Shown here one piece after another: positions 28,825-37,681 of a stretch of DNA of 64,000 nt. Source of the stretch: an uncultured Planctomycetia bacterium. GTDB taxonomy: Bacteria > Omnitrophota > Gorgyraeia > JABMRN01 > RBG-13-46-9. Position 1 is the first letter of the stretch. Each line of letters begins with the position of its first letter. The DNA is taken from NCBI GenBank assembly GCA_964649665.1, contig CAZYPU010000001.1:16428-80427 (forward strand). The letters run 5' to 3'. The notes beneath the pieces were generated by a model, which had not been told where the DNA came from, did no database searches, and was given only the letters and a program-made list of their open reading frames with translations. The translations under genes were made by a program, and so were the position numbers.

Positions 28825-29247
28825 ATGTTAATACCGATGAATATCATAGTCCTGCGTCTTTTCCTGGCCGCCGTGTGCGGTGCCATAGTAGGGCTGGAAC
28901 GGGAAATCAGCGACAAAGCGGCGGGCCTCAGAACGCATATTTTGGTTTGCATAGGTTCCTGCATGTTCGGATTGCTGGGGATTGAATTAACGGTGAATTA
29001 CCCCGAGGCCGATATATTGCGGCTTGCGCAGGGGCTTCTGATAGGCGTGGGATTTCTCGGCGGCGGCGTTATAATGCGTGAGGGCGCTTCCGTGAAGGGC
29101 CTTACGACAGCGGCCGGAATATGGGTAATGGGCGTTATCGGCCTTTCAATCGGCGTCGGAAGATATTACATATCGTTAGTGGGGACCCTCTTCATTTTTC
29201 TTGTCATAGGTTTCTTCGGAAAAGTGGGGAAGATGGTGAAGAAATGA
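28825..29247 (+). CDS. MgtC/SapB family membrane protein
   Basis: RLFLAAVCGAIVGLERE (MgtC signature) and about 4 TM helices. Confidence 0.8.
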   Translation: MLIPMNIIVLRLFLAAVCGAIVGLEREISDKAAGLRTHILVCIGSCMFGLLGIELTVNYPEADILRLAQGLLIGVGFLGGGVIMREGASVKGLTTAAGIWVMGVIGLSIGVGRYYISLVGTLFIFLVIGFFGKVGKMVKK

Positions 29248-29897
29248 GTTTTAAAGGCGCGATATTCGATTTGGACGGCGTTATCGTAGATACCGTGCCG
29301 TTTCATTTCAAGGCGTGGAAGAAAATGTTTTCCGAATACGGCAGGGATTTTACCCATGAGGATTACAAGCGGAAAGTCGACGGCATACCGCGGCTTGACG
29401 GCGCGAGGGCTATTCTTACGGATCTCGGCGCCGTGGAGCTTGAAGAGGCCGCCGCGAAAAAGCAGCGATATTACCTCGCGCTGGTTGATTCCGGAGAGAT
29501 CGAGACCTATCCTTCCACGGTGGAGCTGATAAACGAACTTAAGAAAAACGGAGTAAAAATCGCCGCCGCCTCTTCAAGCAGGAATTGCAGATACATACTG
29601 GAAAAGGTGAAGCTCGTTACGCTTTTTGACACTATTGTAGGCGGAGGAGATTTTAAAAAAGGAAAACCGGACCCAGAAATATTTCTTCTGGCCGCTTCGA
29701 GGCTCGGGTTTTCCGCGCCCGAGGTAGTGGTTTTTGAAGACGCGATACTCGGCGTGGAAGCCGCCGAAAACGGCGGCATGCGCTGCGTCGGCATCGCAAG
29801 AAAGGAAGGCAAGCAGGTTCTTAAAAAAGCGGATATCGTGGTAAGGGACTTAGTCGAGGTTGATTACGCGAAACTGAAAGGACTTTTCAAGGCATGA
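29244..29897 (+). CDS. HAD-family hydrolase, beta-phosphoglucomutase-like
   Basis: DLDGVIVDT (HAD motif I), a downstream Ser/Thr motif II, and FEDA..GVEAA...GM (motifs III/IV). The ATG at 29244 overlaps the mgtC stop. Coupled to the GH65 gene downstream. Confidence 0.8.
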   Translation: MSFKGAIFDLDGVIVDTVPFHFKAWKKMFSEYGRDFTHEDYKRKVDGIPRLDGARAILTDLGAVELEEAAAKKQRYYLALVDSGEIETYPSTVELINELKKNGVKIAAASSSRNCRYILEKVKLVTLFDTIVGGGDFKKGKPDPEIFLLAASRLGFSAPEVVVFEDAILGVEAAENGGMRCVGIARKEGKQVLKKADIVVRDLVEVDYAKLKGLFKA

Positions 29898-32206
29898 AGA
29901 GCAGGTTTTATAAATATCTGGCGGATAAAAGCTGGCTCATTGTGGAAAACGGGTATTCCCCCCGCGGCTTAAAAGTGAAGGAGAGCCTATTTACGCTCGG
30001 GAACGGCTATATCGGCTCAAGGGGTATTTACGAAGAAATACCCGACGGTACAGAAGCGGGTACTTACATAGCGGGCATTTATGATAAAGCGGTTTCCATG
30101 GTCCCGGAACTGGTAAACGCCCCTAACCCGATCGATTTTCGCATTGCGGTAGAAGGCGAAAAGCTGGATATCGGCAGGATGGATATTGTCGAAAACAAAA
30201 GAGTGCTCGACTTGAAAAATGGTATCCTTGCGAGAAGAACGATATTTTCGGACACGAAAAAAAGAAGGTTTTTATACGAATCGCTTCGCTTTTTCAGCCT
30301 GCGCGAGGCGCACATCGGGGCGATGCAGGTTTACCTGAAAGCCATGGATAGGCCCGCCAGGATTATCGTCCAGGATACGGTGGATGATTCGGTGACAAAT
30401 CCCGGGGGCATCCTTGAAGGGAGAAAGAGGCACACACAGCTTGTGGATGTCTCGGCCGCTCCGGACGTAAATTATCTTTGCGTCAAGACGTTTACGAACA
30501 AAATCTGGATTGCTTACGCCTCGTTTCTTGCGATCGGAAGGGGCCTGGGCCAGGGCGTGGGCACGCTGAACAAGATCTTTAACATGTCGTTAAAGCGGGG
30601 CGAAACGGTATGTTTCACGAAAATTTTCTCAATACGCACCTCCAAGCATATCAGGCGCGAAAAGCTGAAAAGGATAACGGTAAAGGAACTGCAGCGGGCA
30701 AAGCAGACAGGATTCACGGCGCTTCTGAAAAGCCATACCGCGGCGTGGCGGGAGAGATGGAAGACGGTGGACATAAAAATAGCGCAAGACAAAGAAGCCC
30801 AGAAGGCCCTGCGTTTCAACATATACCACCTGCTCATAGCCGGCAAGGAAGGCGATGGCGACGTAAGTATAGGCGCGAAGACTTTGAGCGGGTACGGCTA
30901 CAGGGGGCACATTTTCTGGGACACGGAAATTTTCATACTGCCGTTTTTTATATATACAAACCCCCACATAGCCAGGAATCTTCTGATGTACAGGTTTCGC
31001 CGGCTTGGCGCGGCCCGGGAGATAGCTAAAGCCAAAGGATACAGGGGCTCGCTTTTCCCCTGGGAATCCGCCGACACCGGCCGTGAGACAACCCCGCCGT
31101 ACGCGAAAAACCTGGATGGTTCCATTATAGAAATCCACACTGGCGAGATGGAACATCACATCGTCTCCGATATCGCCTACGGCGTCTGGCATTATTTCAA
31201 CATCACAGGCGATGTTGACTTTATGCTGGAGGCGGGGCTTGAGATGCTGTTTGAGGCGGCCAGGTTCTGGGCCAGCCGCGTGACGCGCAAACGCAGGAGA
31301 AAGAAATTCGACATAAACGGCGTCATCGGCCCGGATGAATTTCATGAAAACGTAAACAATAACGCCTATACCAACAAAATGGCCCGATGGAACCTCCTCA
31401 TGGCGAAAGATCTTCACAAGCGCTTTTGCAAACAAAGGCCGCGCGCCCTGAGAAGGGTAATGAGGAAAATTTCGCTCAAGGAAGAGGAGCTTAAGCACTG
31501 GGCGTACGTAGCGGAAAATATGAAATTCCCATTTTCGCAATCGAAAGGAATTATCGAGGAGTTCGACGGATATTTCAGAAAAAGGGATGTCATCCCGAAA
31601 AAATTCAACCACTACTTTATGCCGATCGTCCCCCACGATATTTCCCTTTCCGACATCGCGAAAACACAGCTGGTAAAACAGGCCGATGTCGTGATGCTCA
31701 TGTATCTTCTTTCGGAGAATTTCAGGGAAAGCCAGAAAGCGAAAAACTATTTATATTACGTGAAAAGAACCCTGCACAAATCTTCATTGAGTCCGAGTAT
31801 TCATTCAATAATCGCTTCCGAAGTTAAAGACCGCACAAGGAGCTATCTGTACTTTCTTTTTTCGCTCTACGCGGACTTGAAAAATACCCACTCCAATACG
31901 GGAGACGGCATACACGCCGCCTCGCTTGGCGGCACGTGGCAGGCGGCGATAATGGGATTCGCCGGCTTCAGGAACATACATAATCTGCCCTCCTTCGAGC
32001 CGCGCCTTCCCGCGCACTGGAAAAATATGAAATTCTGCCTTAAGTGGAGAAAATGCATCCTGAAGATCTTGGTCAGCAATAAAAGGGTAAAAATTTACGC
32101 CGAAAACCAAAAAAAAGGCGCCATGCTCATCAAATGTTTTAATTCGGTTTATAAAATACCATTTAACAAAACGCACACATTTTACGATAAAAAAGAAAAG
32201 AGGTGA
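29894..32206 (+). CDS. Glycoside hydrolase family 65 disaccharide phosphorylase (maltose/trehalose/kojibiose phosphorylase type)
   Basis: N-terminal LFTLGNGYIGSRG, a central (alpha/alpha)6 region (HIFWDTE, the GPDE catalytic region) and about 770 aa, all typical of GH65. Confidence 0.85.
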   Translation: MKSRFYKYLADKSWLIVENGYSPRGLKVKESLFTLGNGYIGSRGIYEEIPDGTEAGTYIAGIYDKAVSMVPELVNAPNPIDFRIAVEGEKLDIGRMDIVENKRVLDLKNGILARRTIFSDTKKRRFLYESLRFFSLREAHIGAMQVYLKAMDRPARIIVQDTVDDSVTNPGGILEGRKRHTQLVDVSAAPDVNYLCVKTFTNKIWIAYASFLAIGRGLGQGVGTLNKIFNMSLKRGETVCFTKIFSIRTSKHIRREKLKRITVKELQRAKQTGFTALLKSHTAAWRERWKTVDIKIAQDKEAQKALRFNIYHLLIAGKEGDGDVSIGAKTLSGYGYRGHIFWDTEIFILPFFIYTNPHIARNLLMYRFRRLGAAREIAKAKGYRGSLFPWESADTGRETTPPYAKNLDGSIIEIHTGEMEHHIVSDIAYGVWHYFNITGDVDFMLEAGLEMLFEAARFWASRVTRKRRRKKFDINGVIGPDEFHENVNNNAYTNKMARWNLLMAKDLHKRFCKQRPRALRRVMRKISLKEEELKHWAYVAENMKFPFSQSKGIIEEFDGYFRKRDVIPKKFNHYFMPIVPHDISLSDIAKTQLVKQADVVMLMYLLSENFRESQKAKNYLYYVKRTLHKSSLSPSIHSIIASEVKDRTRSYLYFLFSLYADLKNTHSNTGDGIHAASLGGTWQAAIMGFAGFRNIHNLPSFEPRLPAHWKNMKFCLKWRKCILKILVSNKRVKIYAENQKKGAMLIKCFNSVYKIPFNKTHTFYDKKEKR

Positions 32207-32210
32207 TTTT

Positions 32211-32591
32211 ATGCTTTATGTAAGGGACGTTATGAAAAAAGAAATCATTGCCGCTAAAATACACGAGCCCATACAGCATATCAGCAAGGTCCTCACGGAA
32301 AAAAAGATAAGCAATATGCCCGTTATGGACACAAGGGGCAGGCTCATAGGCGTTGTTTCCGAGCAGGACATCATAAGGGCGATGGAATCGGAGAATTTCA
32401 TGAAGCTTACGGCAAAAGACATCATGACAAAGACGGTTCGTTCCGTGAAGGAGAACGATTCGCTTGAATATGTTTCGAAAATTTTCGTAGAGCACCCCTT
32501 CAGGCGGCTTCCCGTTACGCGAAACAAAAAAGTAGTGGGCGCCGTAACGCGCGAGGACATAATAAACAGCTTTATGAGCGAGTATTATTAA
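32211..32591 (+). CDS. CBS domain pair protein
   Basis: Two CBS motifs (VRDVM ... PVMD..GRLIGVVS; AKDIMT ... LPVT..KKVVGAVT). Confidence 0.85.
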   Translation: MLYVRDVMKKEIIAAKIHEPIQHISKVLTEKKISNMPVMDTRGRLIGVVSEQDIIRAMESENFMKLTAKDIMTKTVRSVKENDSLEYVSKIFVEHPFRRLPVTRNKKVVGAVTREDIINSFMSEYY

Positions 32592-32656
32592 TAAAAAAAC
32601 TTGTCATTTCGGAGGATTGTGGTATAATCCTCTTTATTGAAAGGCGGGGTAAGAAA

Positions 32657-32848
32657 ATGGGTAAAACTTTAAGTATTGCAATGGGCGCTCTGGCAGCGTT
32701 CGTAGGGCTCGTCCTTCTCATAGCCTGGTGGTATGAATTTCTTTTTATGCTGAGAGCCGCTGTTCCGGTCCTGCTTATAGCCGGCGGACTTATCGCGCTT
32801 TTTGCCGGGTTCAGCGAGTTCAGGGATACGCTGAAAAGCCGGAAATAG
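32657..32848 (+). CDS. Small two-TM membrane protein
   Basis: 63 aa ORF with upstream purine-rich RBS-like sequence (AAGGCGGGG). Two hydrophobic helices. Confidence 0.4.
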   Translation: MGKTLSIAMGALAAFVGLVLLIAWWYEFLFMLRAAVPVLLIAGGLIALFAGFSEFRDTLKSRK

Positions 32849-32903
32849 CCCGCAAAAACCGCCATCCATAACTACTACAAATAGTAGCTTTCCACGTCGA
32901 CAT

Positions 32904-32919
32904 CTACAATATATTGTGT
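32904..32919. promoter_or_regulatory. Candidate NrdR box (CTACAATATATTGTGT) upstream of the ribonucleotide reductase gene
   Basis: It matches the NrdR-box consensus acaCwAtATaTwGtgt at 14 of 16 positions and contains the perfect palindrome ACAATATATTGT. A second, degenerate palindrome (TACTACAAATAGTAGC, 32873-32888) lies about 31 bp upstream, as in tandem NrdR boxes. Confidence 0.5.
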
Positions 32920-32927
32920 TTTCCCCC

Positions 32928-32955
32928 TTGACAAAGTGACTTTTTATGATATACT
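32928..32955 (+). promoter_or_regulatory. Promoter of nrdJ: TTGACA-16-(TGa)TATACT, an extended -10
   Basis: TTGACA at 32928-32933, TG at 32947-32948, TATACT at 32950-32955, RBS GGGAGG, ATG at 32981. Confidence 0.5.
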
Positions 32956-32980
32956 TATTTTCACCGGGAGGAAATCTGAA

Positions 32981-35251
32981 ATGAAAAATAAAAATTTACA
33001 TTTTTCGGAAAACGCAATGAAAGTCATGAAAAGAAGATACCTTGCGAAAAACGAAAAAGGCGAGAGTCGCGAGTCCCCGGAGGAAATGTTTCGCCGCGTG
33101 GCCGCAAATATCGCCTCGGCTGACGCGCTGTACGATAAAAGTAAGGATACCCGCAAAACCGAAGACGAATTTTATAACGTAATGACGGGCCTGGAATTCC
33201 TGCCGAATTCTCCCACCCTGATGAACGCCGGCAGAGACCTCCAGCAATTAAGCGCTTGTTTCGTCCTGCCGATAGAAGATTCGATGAATTCCATATTTGA
33301 AACCATTAAAGATACGGCCATGATCCACAAGTCAGGCGGCGGCACCGGCTTCAGTTTCTCGCGCCTCAGGCCGAAGAATTCCCCCGTCCGCTCTACCGGC
33401 GGGATCTCAAGCGGCCCGGTTTCTTTCATGAAAGTGTTCAACGCCGCCACACAGGCGGTAAAACAGGGAGGCACAAGGCGCGGGGCGAACATGGGCATAC
33501 TGCGCGTTGATCATCCGGATATACTTGAATTTATCACCTGCAAGGAGAACGACAAAGAGATAACCAATTTTAACATTTCGATAGGCCTGACCGAAGATTT
33601 TATCTCCCGCGCCTCCGAAAACCGGGAATACGAACTTATCGATCCGCACACGAAAACACCCTCCGGCAAATTGAATGCCAGGTCGGTTCTGGATCTGATC
33701 ATTAAAATGGCGTGGAAAAACGGCGAGCCGGGCATTGTCTTCATTGACCGGCTGAATAAGAATAATCCTACGCCCGAACTCGGCGAGATAGAATCAACCA
33801 ATCCCTGCGGCGAGCAGCCTTTACTGCCTTACGAAAGCTGCAACCTCGGCTCAATCAATCTTTCGCTGATGGTAGATGAGGAATCGAAAAAAATAAATTG
33901 GGAAAAACTCGCAAAAACCGTAAAGATCGCCGTGCATTTCCTGGATAACGTGATTGACATGAACAGATACCCTTTAAAGCGCATAGAGGAAACGACAAAA
34001 GGCAACCGCAAGATCGGCCTCGGCGTGATGGGTTTCGCGGACATGCTGATAAAACTCGACGTAAAATATGACTCCGAGGAAGCCGTGAGGGTCGCGGAAA
34101 ACACGATGAAATTCATCCTGGAAAAAGCGCTTGAGGCCTCTCGCGTTCTCGCGGAAGAAAGAGGAACTTTTCCGAATATTGAAAAGAGCATCTATGCCAA
34201 ACACCCCCGACTCCGGCTTAGAAACGCGACTCTTACGACAATCGCGCCGACCGGCTCCATAAGCATCATCACCGGCTGTTCCAGCGGCATAGAGCCGCTT
34301 TTCGCGCTTTCGTACGTCAGGAAAATTCTGGATAACGAAATCCTGGCCGAGGCCCACCCGATTTTTGAAAAAACCGCAAAAAGAGAAGAATTCTATTCAC
34401 CCGAACTTATGAAAAAAATAGCCGAAACCGGCTCGATAAAAGACATAGAAGAAATACCGCCTCACATAAGGGACGTTTTCGTTACGTCCTTTGATATAAC
34501 GCCACCCTGGCACATAAGGATGCAGGCGGCTTTCCAGAGGCACACGCATAACGCCGTATCCAAGACCGTGAATTTTCCGAACTCAAGTACCGAGGCCGAT
34601 ATAAACGAGGTGTACATGCTAGCGTATAAGACGGGCTGTAAGGGCGTTACCGTGTACAGGGACAAATCGCGCCAGGAGCAGGTATTAAATATCGGAAAAA
34701 AAGAGGAAGACAAAACCGCAGCGCTCACTTCGAATATAGTTCCGAGGCCCAGGCCCGACGTCATCTACGGCACGACCACGAAAATAGCCACCGGATGCGG
34801 CAATCTTTATGTCACTATAAACGAAGACGAAAACGGACTTCCCTTCGAGGTATTCATGCAGATGGGAAAAGCCGGCGGATGCGCAATGAGCCAGCTTGAA
34901 GCCATTGGCAGGCTTCTGTCTTTGGCCCTGAGAAGCGGCATAGAGACGGGCTCCATCATCGAGCAGTTGAGGGGGATAAGATGCCCGTCGCCGAGCTGGG
35001 AAAAGGGCGGAAGGATATTTTCCTGCAGCGACGCTATCGCGCGCGTCATAGAAAGGCGCCTCGTTAAAGTAAAAAGAAAAGAAGAAAGCGAAGCGAAACC
35101 CGAGCCGCTGTCCCCGCCGGAGACAGGCGGTGTGGCCGTGAAAAAGAAAGCGGGCAGTGTTGTCGGCGTGTGCCCGGATTGCGGCGGGGCGCTGTGGCAC
35201 ATCGAAGGATGCATGGTCTGCAGGTCCTGCGGGTATTCCAAATGCGGATAA
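32981..35251 (+). CDS. nrdJ: Adenosylcobalamin-dependent (class II) ribonucleoside-diphosphate/triphosphate reductase
   Basis: Class II RNR blocks (NSPTLMNAG, CFVL, SNPCGEQPL with the catalytic Cys, TIAPTGS) and a C-terminal zinc ribbon CPDCGG...CMVCRSCGYSKC. The true start is the ATG at 32981. Confidence 0.9.
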   Translation: MKNKNLHFSENAMKVMKRRYLAKNEKGESRESPEEMFRRVAANIASADALYDKSKDTRKTEDEFYNVMTGLEFLPNSPTLMNAGRDLQQLSACFVLPIEDSMNSIFETIKDTAMIHKSGGGTGFSFSRLRPKNSPVRSTGGISSGPVSFMKVFNAATQAVKQGGTRRGANMGILRVDHPDILEFITCKENDKEITNFNISIGLTEDFISRASENREYELIDPHTKTPSGKLNARSVLDLIIKMAWKNGEPGIVFIDRLNKNNPTPELGEIESTNPCGEQPLLPYESCNLGSINLSLMVDEESKKINWEKLAKTVKIAVHFLDNVIDMNRYPLKRIEETTKGNRKIGLGVMGFADMLIKLDVKYDSEEAVRVAENTMKFILEKALEASRVLAEERGTFPNIEKSIYAKHPRLRLRNATLTTIAPTGSISIITGCSSGIEPLFALSYVRKILDNEILAEAHPIFEKTAKREEFYSPELMKKIAETGSIKDIEEIPPHIRDVFVTSFDITPPWHIRMQAAFQRHTHNAVSKTVNFPNSSTEADINEVYMLAYKTGCKGVTVYRDKSRQEQVLNIGKKEEDKTAALTSNIVPRPRPDVIYGTTTKIATGCGNLYVTINEDENGLPFEVFMQMGKAGGCAMSQLEAIGRLLSLALRSGIETGSIIEQLRGIRCPSPSWEKGGRIFSCSDAIARVIERRLVKVKRKEESEAKPEPLSPPETGGVAVKKKAGSVVGVCPDCGGALWHIEGCMVCRSCGYSKCG

Positions 35252-35259
35252 TCAACTTG

Positions 35260-35373
35260 CCATTGCGAGCGACCGTCTCCGACCCTACAGGTCGTAGACC
35301 CGGAGGGAAGGGGGCGAAGCAATCTCATAGTTTTAGATTGCTTCGCCCCGACTTCGTCGGGGCTCGCAATGAC
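35260..35373. repeat. Divergent MITE-like palindromic element (TIR CCATTGCGAGCG ... GCTCGCAATGAC; core CGAAGCAATCTCATAGTTTTAGATTGCTTCG)
   Basis: Same core palindrome and TIR family as copies 1-3. Intergenic between nrdJ and ychF. Confidence 0.6.
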
Positions 35374-35387
35374 GAATAATATATGTA

Positions 35388-36407
35388 ATGAAAATCGCGA
35401 TAATCGGTTTTCCGGGGTGCGGCAAGTCGACCTGTTTCAAAGCCATTACGCGAAAGAAAAAAGAAGAGACCCAAACCCTTGACCCCACCAAACCGCATCT
35501 CGGCGCGGTAAAAATTCCCGACCCGAGGCTTGAAAAATTAAGAGCCCTCTTTAATCCAAAAAAACTCACGAACGCCGAAATTATTTTTGAGGACCTGCCG
35601 GGCTTTCACATTCCGCAGATCAAAGAAGTAGAGGCCCTTGTGGAGGTTCTGGGTATTTTTTCCGGAAGGGACCCTATTAAAGACATTGAAAACGCGGACG
35701 TTGAATTTATGTTGAGCGATCTGGAAATAATCAATCACAGGCTCTCAACCCTGGAGAAGGAACTGAAGGTCCCCAACCCGCCGAGAGAAAGGCTGAGAGA
35801 GCGCGATACACTGCTGGAGTGCAGGGAATTTCTTGAGCAAAACAGGCCGCTCAGGGATTTGGAATTGAAAAAAGACAGGGAGAGGGAAATCCGCGGCTTT
35901 CAGTTTTTAAGCCGGAAACCGGTCTTTATTCTCGCCAATATAGATGAAAACCGCAAAGCCGCCGACATAACGGAAAAGACAGAAAAATTTTGCCACGGGA
36001 AAAAAATCAAATGCATGGAGTTCTGCGCGAAACTCGAATCCGAAATCGCCGATCTTGAAGAAAAAGAAAGGGATGTCTATATTGAGGAAATGGGGCTCGA
36101 GAAAGAATCCCCGGAAAGGATGATCAGCTCCGCCTATGGCGCCCTTGGCTATATAACGTTTTTCACGGTTAAAGGAAACGAAACAAAAGCCTGGGCCGTT
36201 AAAGCCGGCACCTCCGCCATAGATGCTTCGGGGAAGATACATTCGGACATACAGAAAGGATTCATAAAAGCCGGGGTCATAGGTTTTGATGATTTACTTG
36301 CGTGCGGTTCGATGCAGGGCGCGAAGAAAAAAGGGTTGTTGAAATTAGAGGGAAAAGATTATACAATAAGAGACGGGGATATAGTTGACTTCCGATTCAG
36401 CGTTTAA
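35388..36407 (+). CDS. ychF: YchF/Obg-family ribosome-associated ATPase with C-terminal TGS domain
   Basis: G1-like IIGFPGCGKST, a D-P-R-L ... F.DLPGF arrangement as in YchF, and a C-terminal TGS-like block (FIKAGVIGFDDLLACGSMQGAKKKGLLKLEGKDYTIRDGDIV). Confidence 0.7.
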   Translation: MKIAIIGFPGCGKSTCFKAITRKKKEETQTLDPTKPHLGAVKIPDPRLEKLRALFNPKKLTNAEIIFEDLPGFHIPQIKEVEALVEVLGIFSGRDPIKDIENADVEFMLSDLEIINHRLSTLEKELKVPNPPRERLRERDTLLECREFLEQNRPLRDLELKKDREREIRGFQFLSRKPVFILANIDENRKAADITEKTEKFCHGKKIKCMEFCAKLESEIADLEEKERDVYIEEMGLEKESPERMISSAYGALGYITFFTVKGNETKAWAVKAGTSAIDASGKIHSDIQKGFIKAGVIGFDDLLACGSMQGAKKKGLLKLEGKDYTIRDGDIVDFRFSV

Positions 36408-36428
36408 ATACGAAAAAGTCCTCCAATT

Positions 36429-36512
36429 GTCATTCTGAGGCGCTTCGCCGCCGAAGGCGGCAGGGCGCCGAAGAATCTTAACGATAAGATCCTTCGCTCG
36501 GCTCAGGATGAC
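36429..36512. repeat. MITE-like palindromic element (TIR GTCATTCTGAGG ... CTCAGGATGAC)
   Basis: Read directly. Same family as 21065-21125. Confidence 0.55.
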
Positions 36513-36584
36513 AGGTGGAATGGCTTTTTCAATAGTTGTTGCACTTTTTCGACAAACAATTTAAATTCAAATGGCAAAATTCAA

Positions 36585-37142
36585 ATGTTTCAGACACTGC
36601 TTTTAATTTTGATCCTGTCAGTTCCGCTCACCGGGTGCGGCCGCGTGAGCGAAAGTAAAATAAGCGAAATTCTCAAGAAAGATCCCTCGTTCGAAAAAGA
36701 TTTAAGCAGAAAAAAACAGATAGCTTCGAAAATCTCGGATTTAAAAAACTCCCACCGGGAAGAGAAGCGCGATATTGCCCAAAAAATACGCACGCTCGAA
36801 ACAAGTTTGAAGGATAAAAGGAATGCTCTCAACACGGCGATTCTTTCGCTGGAGGCCGGAATTCAGCCGAACATACGCGAACTGCGCGCCGGGCTGAAAG
36901 GGAAACGCTCCGAATACGCCTTAAAGAATAAGGAATTTAAAAGTTCCATCGCGAAGGCGGAAAATATAAGAAAACTTCTTGAGAAGAAAAAAGAACTTGC
37001 CCTTTCATCGGACGAACTTTCCGTCTGGAATAAGAGGGTGCAAAAGCTTGAAGAGAAAATCACCGCCCTCCGCAAAACGCTTGAAGAAATCCGGGCCAAG
37101 ATCCGCCTCATCAAAACCGAGATCCGCATCCTCGAAGAGTAA
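36585..37142 (+). CDS. Coiled-coil lipoprotein, hypothetical
   Basis: Signal peptide plus the lipobox LTGC, then a highly charged heptad-like sequence. Confidence 0.55.
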   Translation: MFQTLLLILILSVPLTGCGRVSESKISEILKKDPSFEKDLSRKKQIASKISDLKNSHREEKRDIAQKIRTLETSLKDKRNALNTAILSLEAGIQPNIRELRAGLKGKRSEYALKNKEFKSSIAKAENIRKLLEKKKELALSSDELSVWNKRVQKLEEKITALRKTLEEIRAKIRLIKTEIRILEE

Positions 37143-37184
37143 AACCACACTCCATCGTGAAGTCTTCCGGCATGCATTTTAGGG

Positions 37185-37493
37185 CTTTGCTTTGGGGTGC
37201 ATTCTTCCGCTTGCCGCTCGAAAAAGGATGCGCGCCTTTTTCTCGCTGTGACAAAAATCACTCATGTTCTAAATGGCGCGATTGTATTCGCGATTTTTGA
37301 CAGTCGCTCCAGAACACACCCCAAAGCAAAGCTTCTAGTTACAATAGGGGACGTTTCACTTTGACGTAACAGCTTGCGAATAAAGATGTTAGAACACGTC
37401 ATTTTCCGCTTTTTTTCTACAAAAGTGGAAAATGGCAAGTTGTATATTATTGTAACACAATGAGTTATGGCAAAGTGAAACGTCCCCTATTGT
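37185..37493. repeat. Nested long inverted repeats in the 540 bp leader region of the 4284-aa giant gene
   Basis: IR-A: GCTTTGCTTTGGGGTG (37185-37200) with CACCCCAAAGCAAAGC (37317-37332). IR-B: a perfect 23 bp pair, ACAATAGGGGACGTTTCACTTTG (37341-37363) with CAAAGTGAAACGTCCCCTATTGT (37471-37493). There is also an inner imperfect IR (CATTTTCC..GGAAAATG). Confidence 0.7.
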
Positions 37494-37578
37494 CATTAAA
37501 TCAACCCAAGCTAGCGTGCACTTCTCCGTGAATAGTTGACCCGTGTTAAAGATAAAAAAGCCAGATTAAATATTACAC

Positions 37579-37615
37579 TCCTGTGACACGCCGAAGCCGT
37601 GGATATGCTATATTA
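37579..37615 (+). promoter_or_regulatory. Conserved bipartite upstream motif TCCTGTGACAC-N15-ATGCTATATTA (extended -10 TGcTATATT), shared with the second giant gene
   Basis: Identical motif halves and identical 15 nt spacing are found at 50589-50625, upstream of the 3897-aa ORF. Confidence 0.55.
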
Positions 37616-37681
37616 CTCAAGACAATATTGCGGAGCCGCACACGCGCTTCAATAGTATTATAAAAGGCAAGATATAACCAT

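Noticed and set aside
30629-31636. 335-aa minus-strand ORF
   Set aside because: Antisense to the GH65 phosphorylase gene, whose frame carries the diagnostic motifs. A shadow ORF in GC-rich coding sequence.
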